DNA of 41,870 nucleotides from Oscillospiraceae bacterium (lineage in GTDB: Bacteria > Bacillota > Clostridia > Oscillospirales > CAG-272): contig SVRH01000002.1 of assembly GCA_015064925.1 (NCBI GenBank), positions 1 through 41,870 on the forward strand. The letters are read 5' to 3'. The position numbers were made by a program, and so were the translations under genes. The notes under the pieces were generated by a model that had not been told where the DNA came from, did not search any database, and was given only the letters and a program-made list of their open reading frames with translations. Below are positions 8,480-15,808 of the stretch, piece by piece (the first letter of the stretch is position 1; each line of letters begins with the position of its first letter).

Positions 8480-8539
8480 ATCGTAATACTCTCCTTTTTT
8501 CGAGGGAGAAGTCCTCTCAATTTATAAACAATTGTAATC

Positions 8540-8568
8540 ACTATATCACATTTTCACGCAAAATGCAA
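8540..8568 (-). promoter_or_regulatory. sigma-A-type promoter upstream of hom
   Basis: Minus strand reads TTGCAT (8563-8568), a 17-nt spacer, then TGA-TATAGT (-10 at 8540-8545). Confidence 0.45.
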
Positions 8569-8611
8569 GTAATATTCGACAGTTTCTTGAAAAATCGCAT
8601 TGTTTTTTGCA

Positions 8612-8640
8612 TAAAAAATGGGCGGTAACCGATACCGCCC
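8612..8640 (-). terminator. rho-independent terminator of the small lipoprotein gene
   Basis: GGGCGGTA-TCGGT-TACCGCCC stem (8620-8640), followed on the minus strand by ATTTTTTAT. Confidence 0.75.
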
Positions 8641-8650
8641 AAATTCTTTC

Positions 8651-8947
8651 TCATTTGTAAGGGATAAACTCGCCGTAGTTGCCGCCGTCGGTGTCTTCGC
8701 CAACCGTCAGCTTGCCCTCGTCGGTTTCATCGCCGCCCTGGCTACCTTCGTCGCCCTGGCTACCTTCGCCGCTCTGGCTTCCTTCGCCGCTCTGGCTGCC
8801 TTCACCGCCGTCGGGCGTATCTTCTCCGGTGTCACCGGTTCCTGTTTGTTCCTTGTCTTCATCGTTCTGCTTTTTATCACCGCCGCAAGCAACAAAGCAA
8901 AGCGTCAAGAGAAGCAGTGCAAGCAAAACAGCAATCAGTTTTTTCAT
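8651..8947 (-). CDS. small acidic lipoprotein with GEGSQS-type repeats
   Basis: MKKLIAVLLALLLLTLCFVAC-GGDKK gives a lipobox. GGAGG lies 8 nt upstream. The mature part is Gly/Glu/Asp/Ser-rich with tandem repeats. Confidence 0.7.
   Translation of the reverse strand: MKKLIAVLLALLLLTLCFVACGGDKKQNDEDKEQTGTGDTGEDTPDGGEGSQSGEGSQSGEGSQGDEGSQGGDETDEGKLTVGEDTDGGNYGEFIPYK
8739..8810. repeat. 4 x 18-bp tandem repeat (encodes GEGSQS/GDEGSQ)
   Basis: tggctaccttcgtcgccc / tggctaccttcgccgctc / tggcttccttcgccgctc / tggctgccttcaccgccg. Confidence 0.85.
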
Positions 8948-9115
8948 GGGTCATATACCTCCGTAAACGGTTATTTTTTATCATTATATCATACGAAACC
9001 GCATTTGTAAAGTTCTTTTCGGCAAATTTCCGCCATCAATTAGTAAAATTCTTTTACAAATTCCATTTTCCATAAATCGCTCATGGAATATTTCCAAATT
9101 ATTCACAAATAGCTC

Positions 9116-9144
9116 TTTACACGGAGGCTTTTTTGTGGTATACT
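9116..9144 (+). promoter_or_regulatory. sigma-A-type promoter (extended -10)
   Basis: TTTACA (9116-9121), a 17-nt spacer, then TGG-TATACT (-10 at 9139-9144). Sits 34 nt before the ATG at 9178. Confidence 0.55.
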
Positions 9145-9177
9145 ACTTGTATGTTTACTGCAAAGGAGATAAATACA

Positions 9178-10653
9178 ATGAAAAAACTATGCGCATTTCT
9201 GTTGGCTGCCCTGTCGGCTCTGTCGCTGGCATCCTGCGGAAGCGGTTACTCTAAGGACGAAGTTGCCAAATACATCGACGTAACCGACTACAAGACTGCT
9301 CTTGTAACCAAAGCCGAATATGACAAGGAGTACAAGACCCAGTATGATTCCGTAAAGGACAGCTACTGCACCCCTGTGGAAGTAGAAAAGGAGACCCAGA
9401 TCAAGGACGGTCTGGTTGTCAACGCAACCTACGAAACCCTTCTCACCGTTAAGAAGGAAGAGGGCGTTACCATTAAGGTTGGCGAAAACACTCTGGTAAA
9501 CGGCGACCGCAAGGACGACGCCAGCACCTCCACCGCTGCCAAGACCTTTGACAGCAGCCTCATCGGCAAGGGCGTTTCCGAAAAGGACAAGCCCCTGGAA
9601 ATCACCTACACCTATTCCTCTGTTTACGCAAAGGACCCCGACGATAAGTATCTGCAGAACAAGCAGGTCACCGTCACCGTCACCGTGATCGATATCAACG
9701 GCAAGACCGACAAGGATACCAAGATCAAGGAAGGCGACTCTGTAAAGCTCGACTACGTGATCACCCTGAAGCTCACCGACTATTCCGGCACCAAGAAGGA
9801 CATCACCGTTGGTGAGACCAAGCTGGGCGATCTGATCTCCATCGACGACACCCTCAAGACCATCACCGTTCCCGGTACTCCCAAGAAGACCGACAGCTCC
9901 TCCTCTTCTTCCTCTTCCTCCACCACTACCACCACTGTGGACTACAAGAAGGAATTCAAGAAGGAAGACGTGAAGCTGGAAGGCGACAAGCTGGATAAGT
10001 TCCTTGCCGGCAAGAACGTGACCGTTTCCGGTACCGTTCACTCCGTAAAGGAAAAGCCCGCCTTCACCGATGCACTGGTCAAGGAAAAGTCCAGCGGCAC
10101 CTACAACACCATCGCTGAGCTGGAAGATGCTGTGATGGACTCCGTTGTGGTAAACCTGGCTCTGGAAAATCTCGTCGACAAGTCTAAGGTTAAGAAGAAT
10201 CTGCCCAAGAGCGACGTGACCAAGGAATACGATGCACTGGAAGCTTCCGCAAAGAATATGTACGCCATGGTCAACCAGGCAGCCTGCCTGACCAGCGAAG
10301 AGCTGGCTTCCTTCGTATATCAGTACGGCCCCTACTATCTGGGTGTTTCTCCTGCCGGCTCCACCGTGCAGGCAATGTGCAACGCATTCGCCGCTGCCGC
10401 TGCCAGCACCGTAAAGGAAAAGATGGTTCTTTACTACGTGGCTGATGCTGAGGGAATGAAGGTCACCGACAAGGAATACAAGGCATATCTGAAGGAGCAG
10501 GCTTCCATTCAGGGCGTTTCCTCCGGTGAGTACGAGGATGCATACGGCGAGGACTCCATCCGCGAGACCATGCTGTTCACCGAAGTTTCCGACTACCTCT
10601 GCGAACTGATCAAGGGTCAGCTTTCTCTGACAAACAAAAGCGATAAGAAATAA
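9178..10653 (+). CDS. lipoprotein, weakly trigger-factor/PPIase-chaperone-like, with poly-Ser/Thr linker
   Basis: ORF 9133..10653 trimmed to MKKLCAFLLAALSALSLASC-GSG (AAGGAG upstream; lipobox). Contains a KIKEGDSVKLDYV segment, a SSSSSSSSSTTTTT linker and a helical C-terminal part resembling the trigger-factor C-terminal region. The product call is tentative. Confidence 0.6.
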   Translation: MKKLCAFLLAALSALSLASCGSGYSKDEVAKYIDVTDYKTALVTKAEYDKEYKTQYDSVKDSYCTPVEVEKETQIKDGLVVNATYETLLTVKKEEGVTIKVGENTLVNGDRKDDASTSTAAKTFDSSLIGKGVSEKDKPLEITYTYSSVYAKDPDDKYLQNKQVTVTVTVIDINGKTDKDTKIKEGDSVKLDYVITLKLTDYSGTKKDITVGETKLGDLISIDDTLKTITVPGTPKKTDSSSSSSSSSTTTTTVDYKKEFKKEDVKLEGDKLDKFLAGKNVTVSGTVHSVKEKPAFTDALVKEKSSGTYNTIAELEDAVMDSVVVNLALENLVDKSKVKKNLPKSDVTKEYDALEASAKNMYAMVNQAACLTSEELASFVYQYGPYYLGVSPAGSTVQAMCNAFAAAAASTVKEKMVLYYVADAEGMKVTDKEYKAYLKEQASIQGVSSGEYEDAYGEDSIRETMLFTEVSDYLCELIKGQLSLTNKSDKK

Positions 10654-10661
10654 CGTAGTAG

Positions 10662-10696
10662 GCGGACAGTCGTACACACGGCTGTCCGCTGTTTTT
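10662..10696 (+). terminator. rho-independent terminator
   Basis: GCGGACAGTCG-tacaca-CGGCTGTCCGC followed by TGTTTTT. Confidence 0.7.
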
Positions 10697-10710
10697 AAAA
10701 GGAGTTTCCT

Positions 10711-11910
10711 ATGAAAAGAGTTCTCTGTCTTCTTTTTTGCGTTTTGCTCTGTCTTCCCCTATTTGCCTGCGCAAATGAAAAAACGGTGACCTTTGTCATG
10801 TTTCCCTTGGCAGGACGCAGTATCCTTGCCGATGAGGGTGCCGTTTTCGCCTCCTCTGATGAGACGGTGGCAACGGTGGACGACAGCGGACTGATTGTTG
10901 CCGTTTCACCGGGAAAGGCAAGTGTCAGCGTCAAGCAGGGCAGCAAGCGGACGACCTACAAGATCGAGGTTCTGGATCCTGCCGATTACCTGACTCTGTA
11001 CGATGCCGCAAAGATCACCATTCAAAACAAGGACATTTTACAAAAGGTACAGGACACCATGGACGCGCTACTGCTGGAAAACGCCACATGGCAAAGCACC
11101 GTAGAGGCTGCCAAGAAGGGCGACCGTATGACGATCAGCTACACCGTTTCGGTCAATGGCAAGGTGGTAGCAGAAACCAAGGGAGCCGACGAGACCTTTA
11201 TCCTTGGCTCGGGCGATTACGTCAAGGGCTTTGAGGACGCCCTTGTGGGCAGCAAAAAGGGCGATCAGCTCACCCTGCAGCTTCCCTTCCCCGAAAGCTA
11301 CCCCGACGATCCCACCCTTGCGGGCGAGCTTGCGGTGTTTGACGTGTCGGTCAAGCAGGTGGAGCTGCCCATCTACCCCACCTTTGACAACGAATTTGTC
11401 AAGGAGCACACCAAGTATCAGAACGTCAATGAATTCGATGCACAGGAATACATCAACGCCAAAGCATCTCTTGCCATTTCCGCCATGGTAGACAGATCCA
11501 CCCTGAAGGCGGATCCGCCGAAGGCGCTGTACGACCATTACTTCGATCAATACGTCAAGCGGCTGGAAACGGTACTGTACTATGAGTATCAAAATAAGGT
11601 CACCGGTCTTTCCGAGATCTTAAAGCTTTTGGATCTAACCGAAAAGGAGCTGCGGGATTCCGCCTACAGCCAGCTTGCAGCCAGTGTCATGCAGGACTGC
11701 GTATTCCATACCTTCATGTATCAGAACAAGCTGACGCTTTCCCAAGAGGATTTCGCCAAGGGAACTGCGCAGTACGTTGCCGAGAACGGCTATGAAAGCC
11801 TGGATGATCTGCTTGCCACCAGTGGGTTGACCCTTGCCGACATCCGTGAGGTGGTGCTCATCGACTATTTGGCGCTGAGAGCTGCCGAGATGGTGAAGGT
11901 GGAACCGTAA
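10711..11910 (+). CDS. lipoprotein with Big_2-like Ig domain, FKBP-type PPIase domain and trigger-factor-like C-terminal domain
   Basis: MKRVLCLLFCVLLCLPLFAC-ANEK gives a lipobox. FASSDETVATVDDSGLIVAVSPGKASVSV is Big_2-like. KKGDRMTISYTVSVNGK...FILGSGDYVKGFEDALVGSKKGDQLTLQLPFPESYP..LAGELAVFDVSVKQV matches the trigger-factor PPIase domain pattern. It is followed by LP..DNEFVKEH.., as in the trigger-factor C-domain. Confidence 0.75.
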   Translation: MKRVLCLLFCVLLCLPLFACANEKTVTFVMFPLAGRSILADEGAVFASSDETVATVDDSGLIVAVSPGKASVSVKQGSKRTTYKIEVLDPADYLTLYDAAKITIQNKDILQKVQDTMDALLLENATWQSTVEAAKKGDRMTISYTVSVNGKVVAETKGADETFILGSGDYVKGFEDALVGSKKGDQLTLQLPFPESYPDDPTLAGELAVFDVSVKQVELPIYPTFDNEFVKEHTKYQNVNEFDAQEYINAKASLAISAMVDRSTLKADPPKALYDHYFDQYVKRLETVLYYEYQNKVTGLSEILKLLDLTEKELRDSAYSQLAASVMQDCVFHTFMYQNKLTLSQEDFAKGTAQYVAENGYESLDDLLATSGLTLADIREVVLIDYLALRAAEMVKVEP

Positions 11911-11916
11911 ATGAAA

Positions 11917-11946
11917 TAAAAAACAGCACCTACGGTGCTGTTTTTT
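11917..11946. terminator. bidirectional terminator between convergent genes
   Basis: AAAAAAA-CAGCACC-tac-GGTGCTG-TTTTTT. Confidence 0.8.
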
Positions 11947-11949
11947 GAT

Positions 11950-13323
11950 TTATTCAACCTTGGGAAGCTTGGCGATGGCGGCTGCGATCTCCTTGTCATC
12001 GGGGACGTAATCGCTCATAATGCCGTCGTTGAACTTCTGATAGCTCATGAGATCGAAATAACCCGTGCCGGTCAGACCGAACACGATGGTCTTGGCTTCA
12101 CCCGTTTCCCTGCACTTCATCGCTTCGTCAATGGCAACGCGGATGGCGTGACTGCTCTCGGGTGCGGGCAGAATACCCTCCACACGTGCAAAGATCTCTG
12201 CCGCCTCGAACACCGAGGTCTGCTCCACCGATCGCGCCTCCATGTAGCCGTCTGCCAACAGCTGGGAAAGGGTGGGGCACATTCCATGGTAGCGAAGGCC
12301 TCCCGCATGGCTGGCGGAGGGCATAAAGGAACTGCCGAGGGTGTACATTTTGGCAAGAGGACAAACCTTGCCGGTGTCGCAGTAATCGTAGGCGTACACC
12401 CCTCTTGTCAGCGAAGGACAGGAGGCGGGCTCCACCGCCACGATCTGATACTCTGCCTCGCCGCGCAGCATTTCACCCACAAAGGGCGCCACAAGACCCG
12501 CCAGGTTCGAGCCGCCGCCTGCGCAGCCGATGATCATATCCGCCTTGACGCCATACTTGTCAAGGGCAGTCTTGGTTTCCAGTCCAATGACCGACTGGTG
12601 CAGCGCCACCTGATTGAGCACGCTTCCCAGCACGTATCGGTAGCCGGGGGTGTTTGTAGCGGTCTCCACCGCTTCGGAAATGGCGCAGCCAAGGCTTCCA
12701 CCCGTTCCGGGATGCTCCGCCAGGATCCTGCGTCCCACCTCGGTGGTATCCGAGGGTGAGGGCGTTACCGACGCGCCGTAGGTGCGCATCACCTCACGTC
12801 GGAAGGGCTTTTGATCATGGGACACCTTGACCATGAACACCTTGCAGTCCAGATCAAAATAGGAGCACGCCATGGAAAGGGCCGTTCCCCACTGCCCTGC
12901 ACCCGTTTCGGTGGTCACCCCCGTAAGCCCCTGCTTTTTGGCGTAATATGCCTGCGCGATGGCGGAATTGAGCTTGTGGCTTCCGCTTGTGTTATTGCCC
13001 TCGAATTTGTAATAGATCTTTGCCGGAGTGCCCAGCTTTTCCTCCAGACAGTAGGCGCGGATCAGCGGTGCGGGACGGTACATCTTATAAAAATCGCGGA
13101 TCTCCGTGGGAATGTCGATATAGGCGTCATGCTCGTTCAACTCCTGGGCTGCCAGCTCTTCGCAGAATACCTCCGACAGCTCTGCGTGCGTCATCGGCGC
13201 AAGCGTTTCGGGATTGAGCAGCGGTGCAGGCTTGTTCTTCATGTCCGCACGCACGTTGTACCATTGACACGGAATTTCATCCTCACTGAGGTAGATCTTA
13301 TAGGGAATTTTCATTTCACTCAT
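11950..13323 (-). CDS. trpB: tryptophan synthase beta chain-like PLP enzyme (TrpB2 clade)
   Basis: ORF trimmed to MSEMKIPYKIYLSEDEIPCQWYNVRADMKNKPAPLLNP (ATG 13321-13323, AAAGGTG upstream). This N-terminus and ..NNTSGSHKLNSA.. (PLP lysine) are typical of TrpB2. No trpA is present in the window. Confidence 0.85.
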   Translation of the reverse strand: MSEMKIPYKIYLSEDEIPCQWYNVRADMKNKPAPLLNPETLAPMTHAELSEVFCEELAAQELNEHDAYIDIPTEIRDFYKMYRPAPLIRAYCLEEKLGTPAKIYYKFEGNNTSGSHKLNSAIAQAYYAKKQGLTGVTTETGAGQWGTALSMACSYFDLDCKVFMVKVSHDQKPFRREVMRTYGASVTPSPSDTTEVGRRILAEHPGTGGSLGCAISEAVETATNTPGYRYVLGSVLNQVALHQSVIGLETKTALDKYGVKADMIIGCAGGGSNLAGLVAPFVGEMLRGEAEYQIVAVEPASCPSLTRGVYAYDYCDTGKVCPLAKMYTLGSSFMPSASHAGGLRYHGMCPTLSQLLADGYMEARSVEQTSVFEAAEIFARVEGILPAPESSHAIRVAIDEAMKCRETGEAKTIVFGLTGTGYFDLMSYQKFNDGIMSDYVPDDKEIAAAIAKLPKVE

Positions 13324-13342
13324 TGTTACACCTTTTTTCTTA

Positions 13343-14929
13343 TCAACTGAATTTGACGACCAGCACGCCATCCATCAGCATCACGCTGCCCTTGGCGGGG
13401 AAGGAGGGCATTTCGATGACCTGCTCCATGAACTGATACTCTCGTGCCTTTTCGTGGGGCAGCACTCTGATCGAGTAATGCAGCTTATAATTGAAATACT
13501 TTTGATAGCGCTCGGGATACAGCGAGCCGATCGCCAGCGGATCGTTGCACCAAAGCAGCTCACTGCTGGTCTCAAAGCCCAGATCCGCCTGTCCCTTCGG
13601 GAAGGACTGCGGTCTACCCACAAACACCACGGGAACCGTTCTGTTGTCGTAGCCCTCCACCTGCTCCATGCGGTCCAGCACTCTTGTGAAGAAGGACAAA
13701 TTGGCATCCTGCTCAAAATCCTTCTGCATATACGCCTGATTGGCAAGCACGATATTGCTGCCAATGATCACCACTACGACAAAAACACAAATGCACTTAC
13801 AAAGGCTCGCGGCAGAAAGCTCGCAGGTCCCATCCGTATCTTTTTTCTTTTCGCCTTCCTGCTTCAGTCTGCCGCTACAGAACAGCAGCAGCACCAGAAG
13901 GTAGATCAGCCATACAGCAAAATGCATGAGATCGTGGCTGTAACCCGAAAGGAAGCGGGACACGTTCATGAACAGCGGCAGCACTGCCAGCAGCGCCACC
14001 GTCAGCGCGATCTCCGCGTAGCCCATGCGCCGCTTCAGCGCCCTCACGATCATGAAGGAAAGGGCGATCACCACCATGATGGCGGTCAGCGCGGTCACAA
14101 GCGCACCGAGGGTCGAAACGGGACGGAACATTCTGGAAAGCGAGGTGGTGTATGCGCTGCCCATCGCCTCCAAGCGGTCAAGAACGCTCATTTCGAACAT
14201 ATTGCCCATGGAATTGTAGGTGCCGGTCAGCTCCTTCAGCCCCGTGATGGCAAGCACCAGCTTGAAGCACACGAAATACAGCACACCGCCGCCCAGCAGC
14301 ATGCCCACCGAACGCAGTCCCTTGTAAAACACAGTTTTGAAAACGTCTCCTGCCAGCAGATCCAGCACCAAAACAAACACGATGAGGGTCAGCATGACCG
14401 CCAGATAGCTTTGATAAAGCCCCATGGAAATCGCCACCAGGGGAATCGCCATCAGATAGCCGCGATCAAAACGGTTCCAAAGATAGATGGCAATCACCGC
14501 CATCAGCAGTGAAAACATATAGGAATCCAGGTCGTGGATATAGGTTGCCGTGGTGGAGGTCACCGCAATATTGGTGGCAAATACCCCCGCGATCAGCACG
14601 GTAAACACCTTGCTTGTCACGCGGAAGATCTTGACGGTAAAGAACACCGAAAATCCCATCCACAAAAGCGAGTACAGACCGATCAGCCAAGGAAGGGTCA
14701 TATTGCCTCTTGTCAACACCTTATAAAGAGGCGTGATAAATCTGCCCAGCTGCACCTTCCATTCGTTATAGCCGTAAAACTCATTGAGGCTATCGTGGGA
14801 AACCGCGTCCTGCAGATACATATATCCGTGGGTGACAAGCCCCACCGCGAAGGTGGCGATCACACAAAACAGGATCTGCGCACGGTTCTTTTCTATTTTT
14901 TCCTTGAGTATACTAAAAAACGAATCCAT
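13343..14929 (-). CDS. polytopic membrane protein, GtrII-like (glucosyltransferase family) - tentative
   Basis: ORF trimmed to MDSFFSILKEKIEKNRAQ (ATG 14927-14929, AAGGAG 5 nt upstream). About 10 or more hydrophobic helices followed by a soluble C-terminal domain. The N-terminal HDSLNEF..W..QLGRF pattern recalls GtrII-family proteins. Ends 19 nt before trpB. Confidence 0.6.
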   Translation of the reverse strand: MDSFFSILKEKIEKNRAQILFCVIATFAVGLVTHGYMYLQDAVSHDSLNEFYGYNEWKVQLGRFITPLYKVLTRGNMTLPWLIGLYSLLWMGFSVFFTVKIFRVTSKVFTVLIAGVFATNIAVTSTTATYIHDLDSYMFSLLMAVIAIYLWNRFDRGYLMAIPLVAISMGLYQSYLAVMLTLIVFVLVLDLLAGDVFKTVFYKGLRSVGMLLGGGVLYFVCFKLVLAITGLKELTGTYNSMGNMFEMSVLDRLEAMGSAYTTSLSRMFRPVSTLGALVTALTAIMVVIALSFMIVRALKRRMGYAEIALTVALLAVLPLFMNVSRFLSGYSHDLMHFAVWLIYLLVLLLFCSGRLKQEGEKKKDTDGTCELSAASLCKCICVFVVVVIIGSNIVLANQAYMQKDFEQDANLSFFTRVLDRMEQVEGYDNRTVPVVFVGRPQSFPKGQADLGFETSSELLWCNDPLAIGSLYPERYQKYFNYKLHYSIRVLPHEKAREYQFMEQVIEMPSFPAKGSVMLMDGVLVVKFS

Positions 14930-15007
14930 ACATGCTCCTTTATGCGAAGTATACACAGTCATTATAGCATAGCCCGGCTGTATTTTCAAGACAAAATTTC
15001 ATACACA

Positions 15008-15036
15008 GTATAAAACTTCCCCGTTTGCAGATACTA
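15008..15036 (+). promoter_or_regulatory. possible forespore sigma-G-type promoter of spoVT
   Basis: GTATA (15008-15012), a 17-nt spacer, then GATACTA (15030-15036). Compared with the remembered sigma-G consensus GnATA-N17/18-CATnnTA. spoVT is sigma-G dependent in B. subtilis. Confidence 0.3.
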
Positions 15037-15073
15037 ACAGTACAAATCTGTAAATCAAGGAGATTTTATATAT

Positions 15074-15619
15074 ATGAAAGCAACCGGAATTGTGAGAAGA
15101 ATCGATGACCTTGGACGTGTTGTCATTCCGAAGGAAATCAGAAGAACGATGAGGATCCGCGAGGGGGATCCGCTGGAGATCTATACCGACCGTGAGGGCG
15201 AGGTCATTTTCAAGAAATATTCCCCCATCGGTGAGCTAAACACCTTTGCTGGGCAGTATGCCGAAACCCTTTATAAGACCTGTGATCTGTCGGTGATCAT
15301 CTGCGACCGCGACACCGTCATCGCCTGCGCTGGTGTACCCAAGCGCGATTTTCAGGACAAGCGTATCTCCGCCGAGACCGAGTCGGTCATTGACGGACGC
15401 ACCGTCTATCGCTCAAACGGTACAAGCCCCTTTTCGCCAATCACGGATAACACGGAATACGCAGTGGCATGCATGATGCCCATACTCGCGGAAGGCGACG
15501 TCATTGGATGCGTTGCCAACCTCCTGCCGGCAGAAGGCACCCGTCTCACCCCCACCGAGATCGAATGTAAGCTGGTGGAAAGCGCAGCGGGATTTCTCGG
15601 GCGTCAGCTGGAGCCCTAA
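15074..15619 (+). CDS. spoVT: stage V sporulation protein T (AbrB-fold N-domain plus GAF-like C-domain)
   Basis: 181 aa: MKATGIVRRIDDLGRVVIPKEIRRTMRIREGDPLEIYTDREGEVIFKKYSP..., with a C-terminal domain of the right length. Confidence 0.92.
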   Translation: MKATGIVRRIDDLGRVVIPKEIRRTMRIREGDPLEIYTDREGEVIFKKYSPIGELNTFAGQYAETLYKTCDLSVIICDRDTVIACAGVPKRDFQDKRISAETESVIDGRTVYRSNGTSPFSPITDNTEYAVACMMPILAEGDVIGCVANLLPAEGTRLTPTEIECKLVESAAGFLGRQLEP

Positions 15620-15630
15620 CAGATCAAAAG

Positions 15631-15664
15631 CAAAAGAGAGCCTTTGTTGAAAGGCTCTCTTTTC
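15631..15664. terminator. bidirectional terminator shared by spoVT and the micro-ORF operon
   Basis: 13-bp stem AAAGAGAGCCTTT-gttg-AAAGGCTCTCTTT (15633-15662), with A/T runs on both sides. Confidence 0.85.
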
Positions 15665-15670
15665 AAGTCA

Positions 15671-15781
15671 TTACCACTGGATGCTGGGTATATCCTCCTC
15701 GTCGCCGGGGCTCAAGGTCAGAATATCTTCCTTAGCAAACACTTCAACAGTTACTTCGGGCATTTCAAAAAACTTCTTCAT
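15671..15781 (-). CDS. unannotated 36-aa micro-ORF, paralog of 34753..34866
   Basis: My reverse-complement translation gives MKKFFEMPEVTVEVFAKEDILTLSPGDEEDIPSIQW*. GAGGAGGA lies about 9 nt upstream. The ORF starts 27 nt after the stop of 15809..17650. It has a conserved paralog with only synonymous changes in the core. Confidence 0.8.
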   Translation of the reverse strand: MKKFFEMPEVTVEVFAKEDILTLSPGDEEDIPSIQW

Positions 15782-15808
15782 GGGTATCAATCCTCCTCTT
15801 GCTCAAAA

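Noticed and set aside
8618-9010. Plus-strand 130-aa ORF and other frames over the small lipoprotein gene.
   Set aside because: The minus-strand frame has the RBS, lipobox signal peptide and terminator. The plus-strand frames are repeat-driven artefacts.
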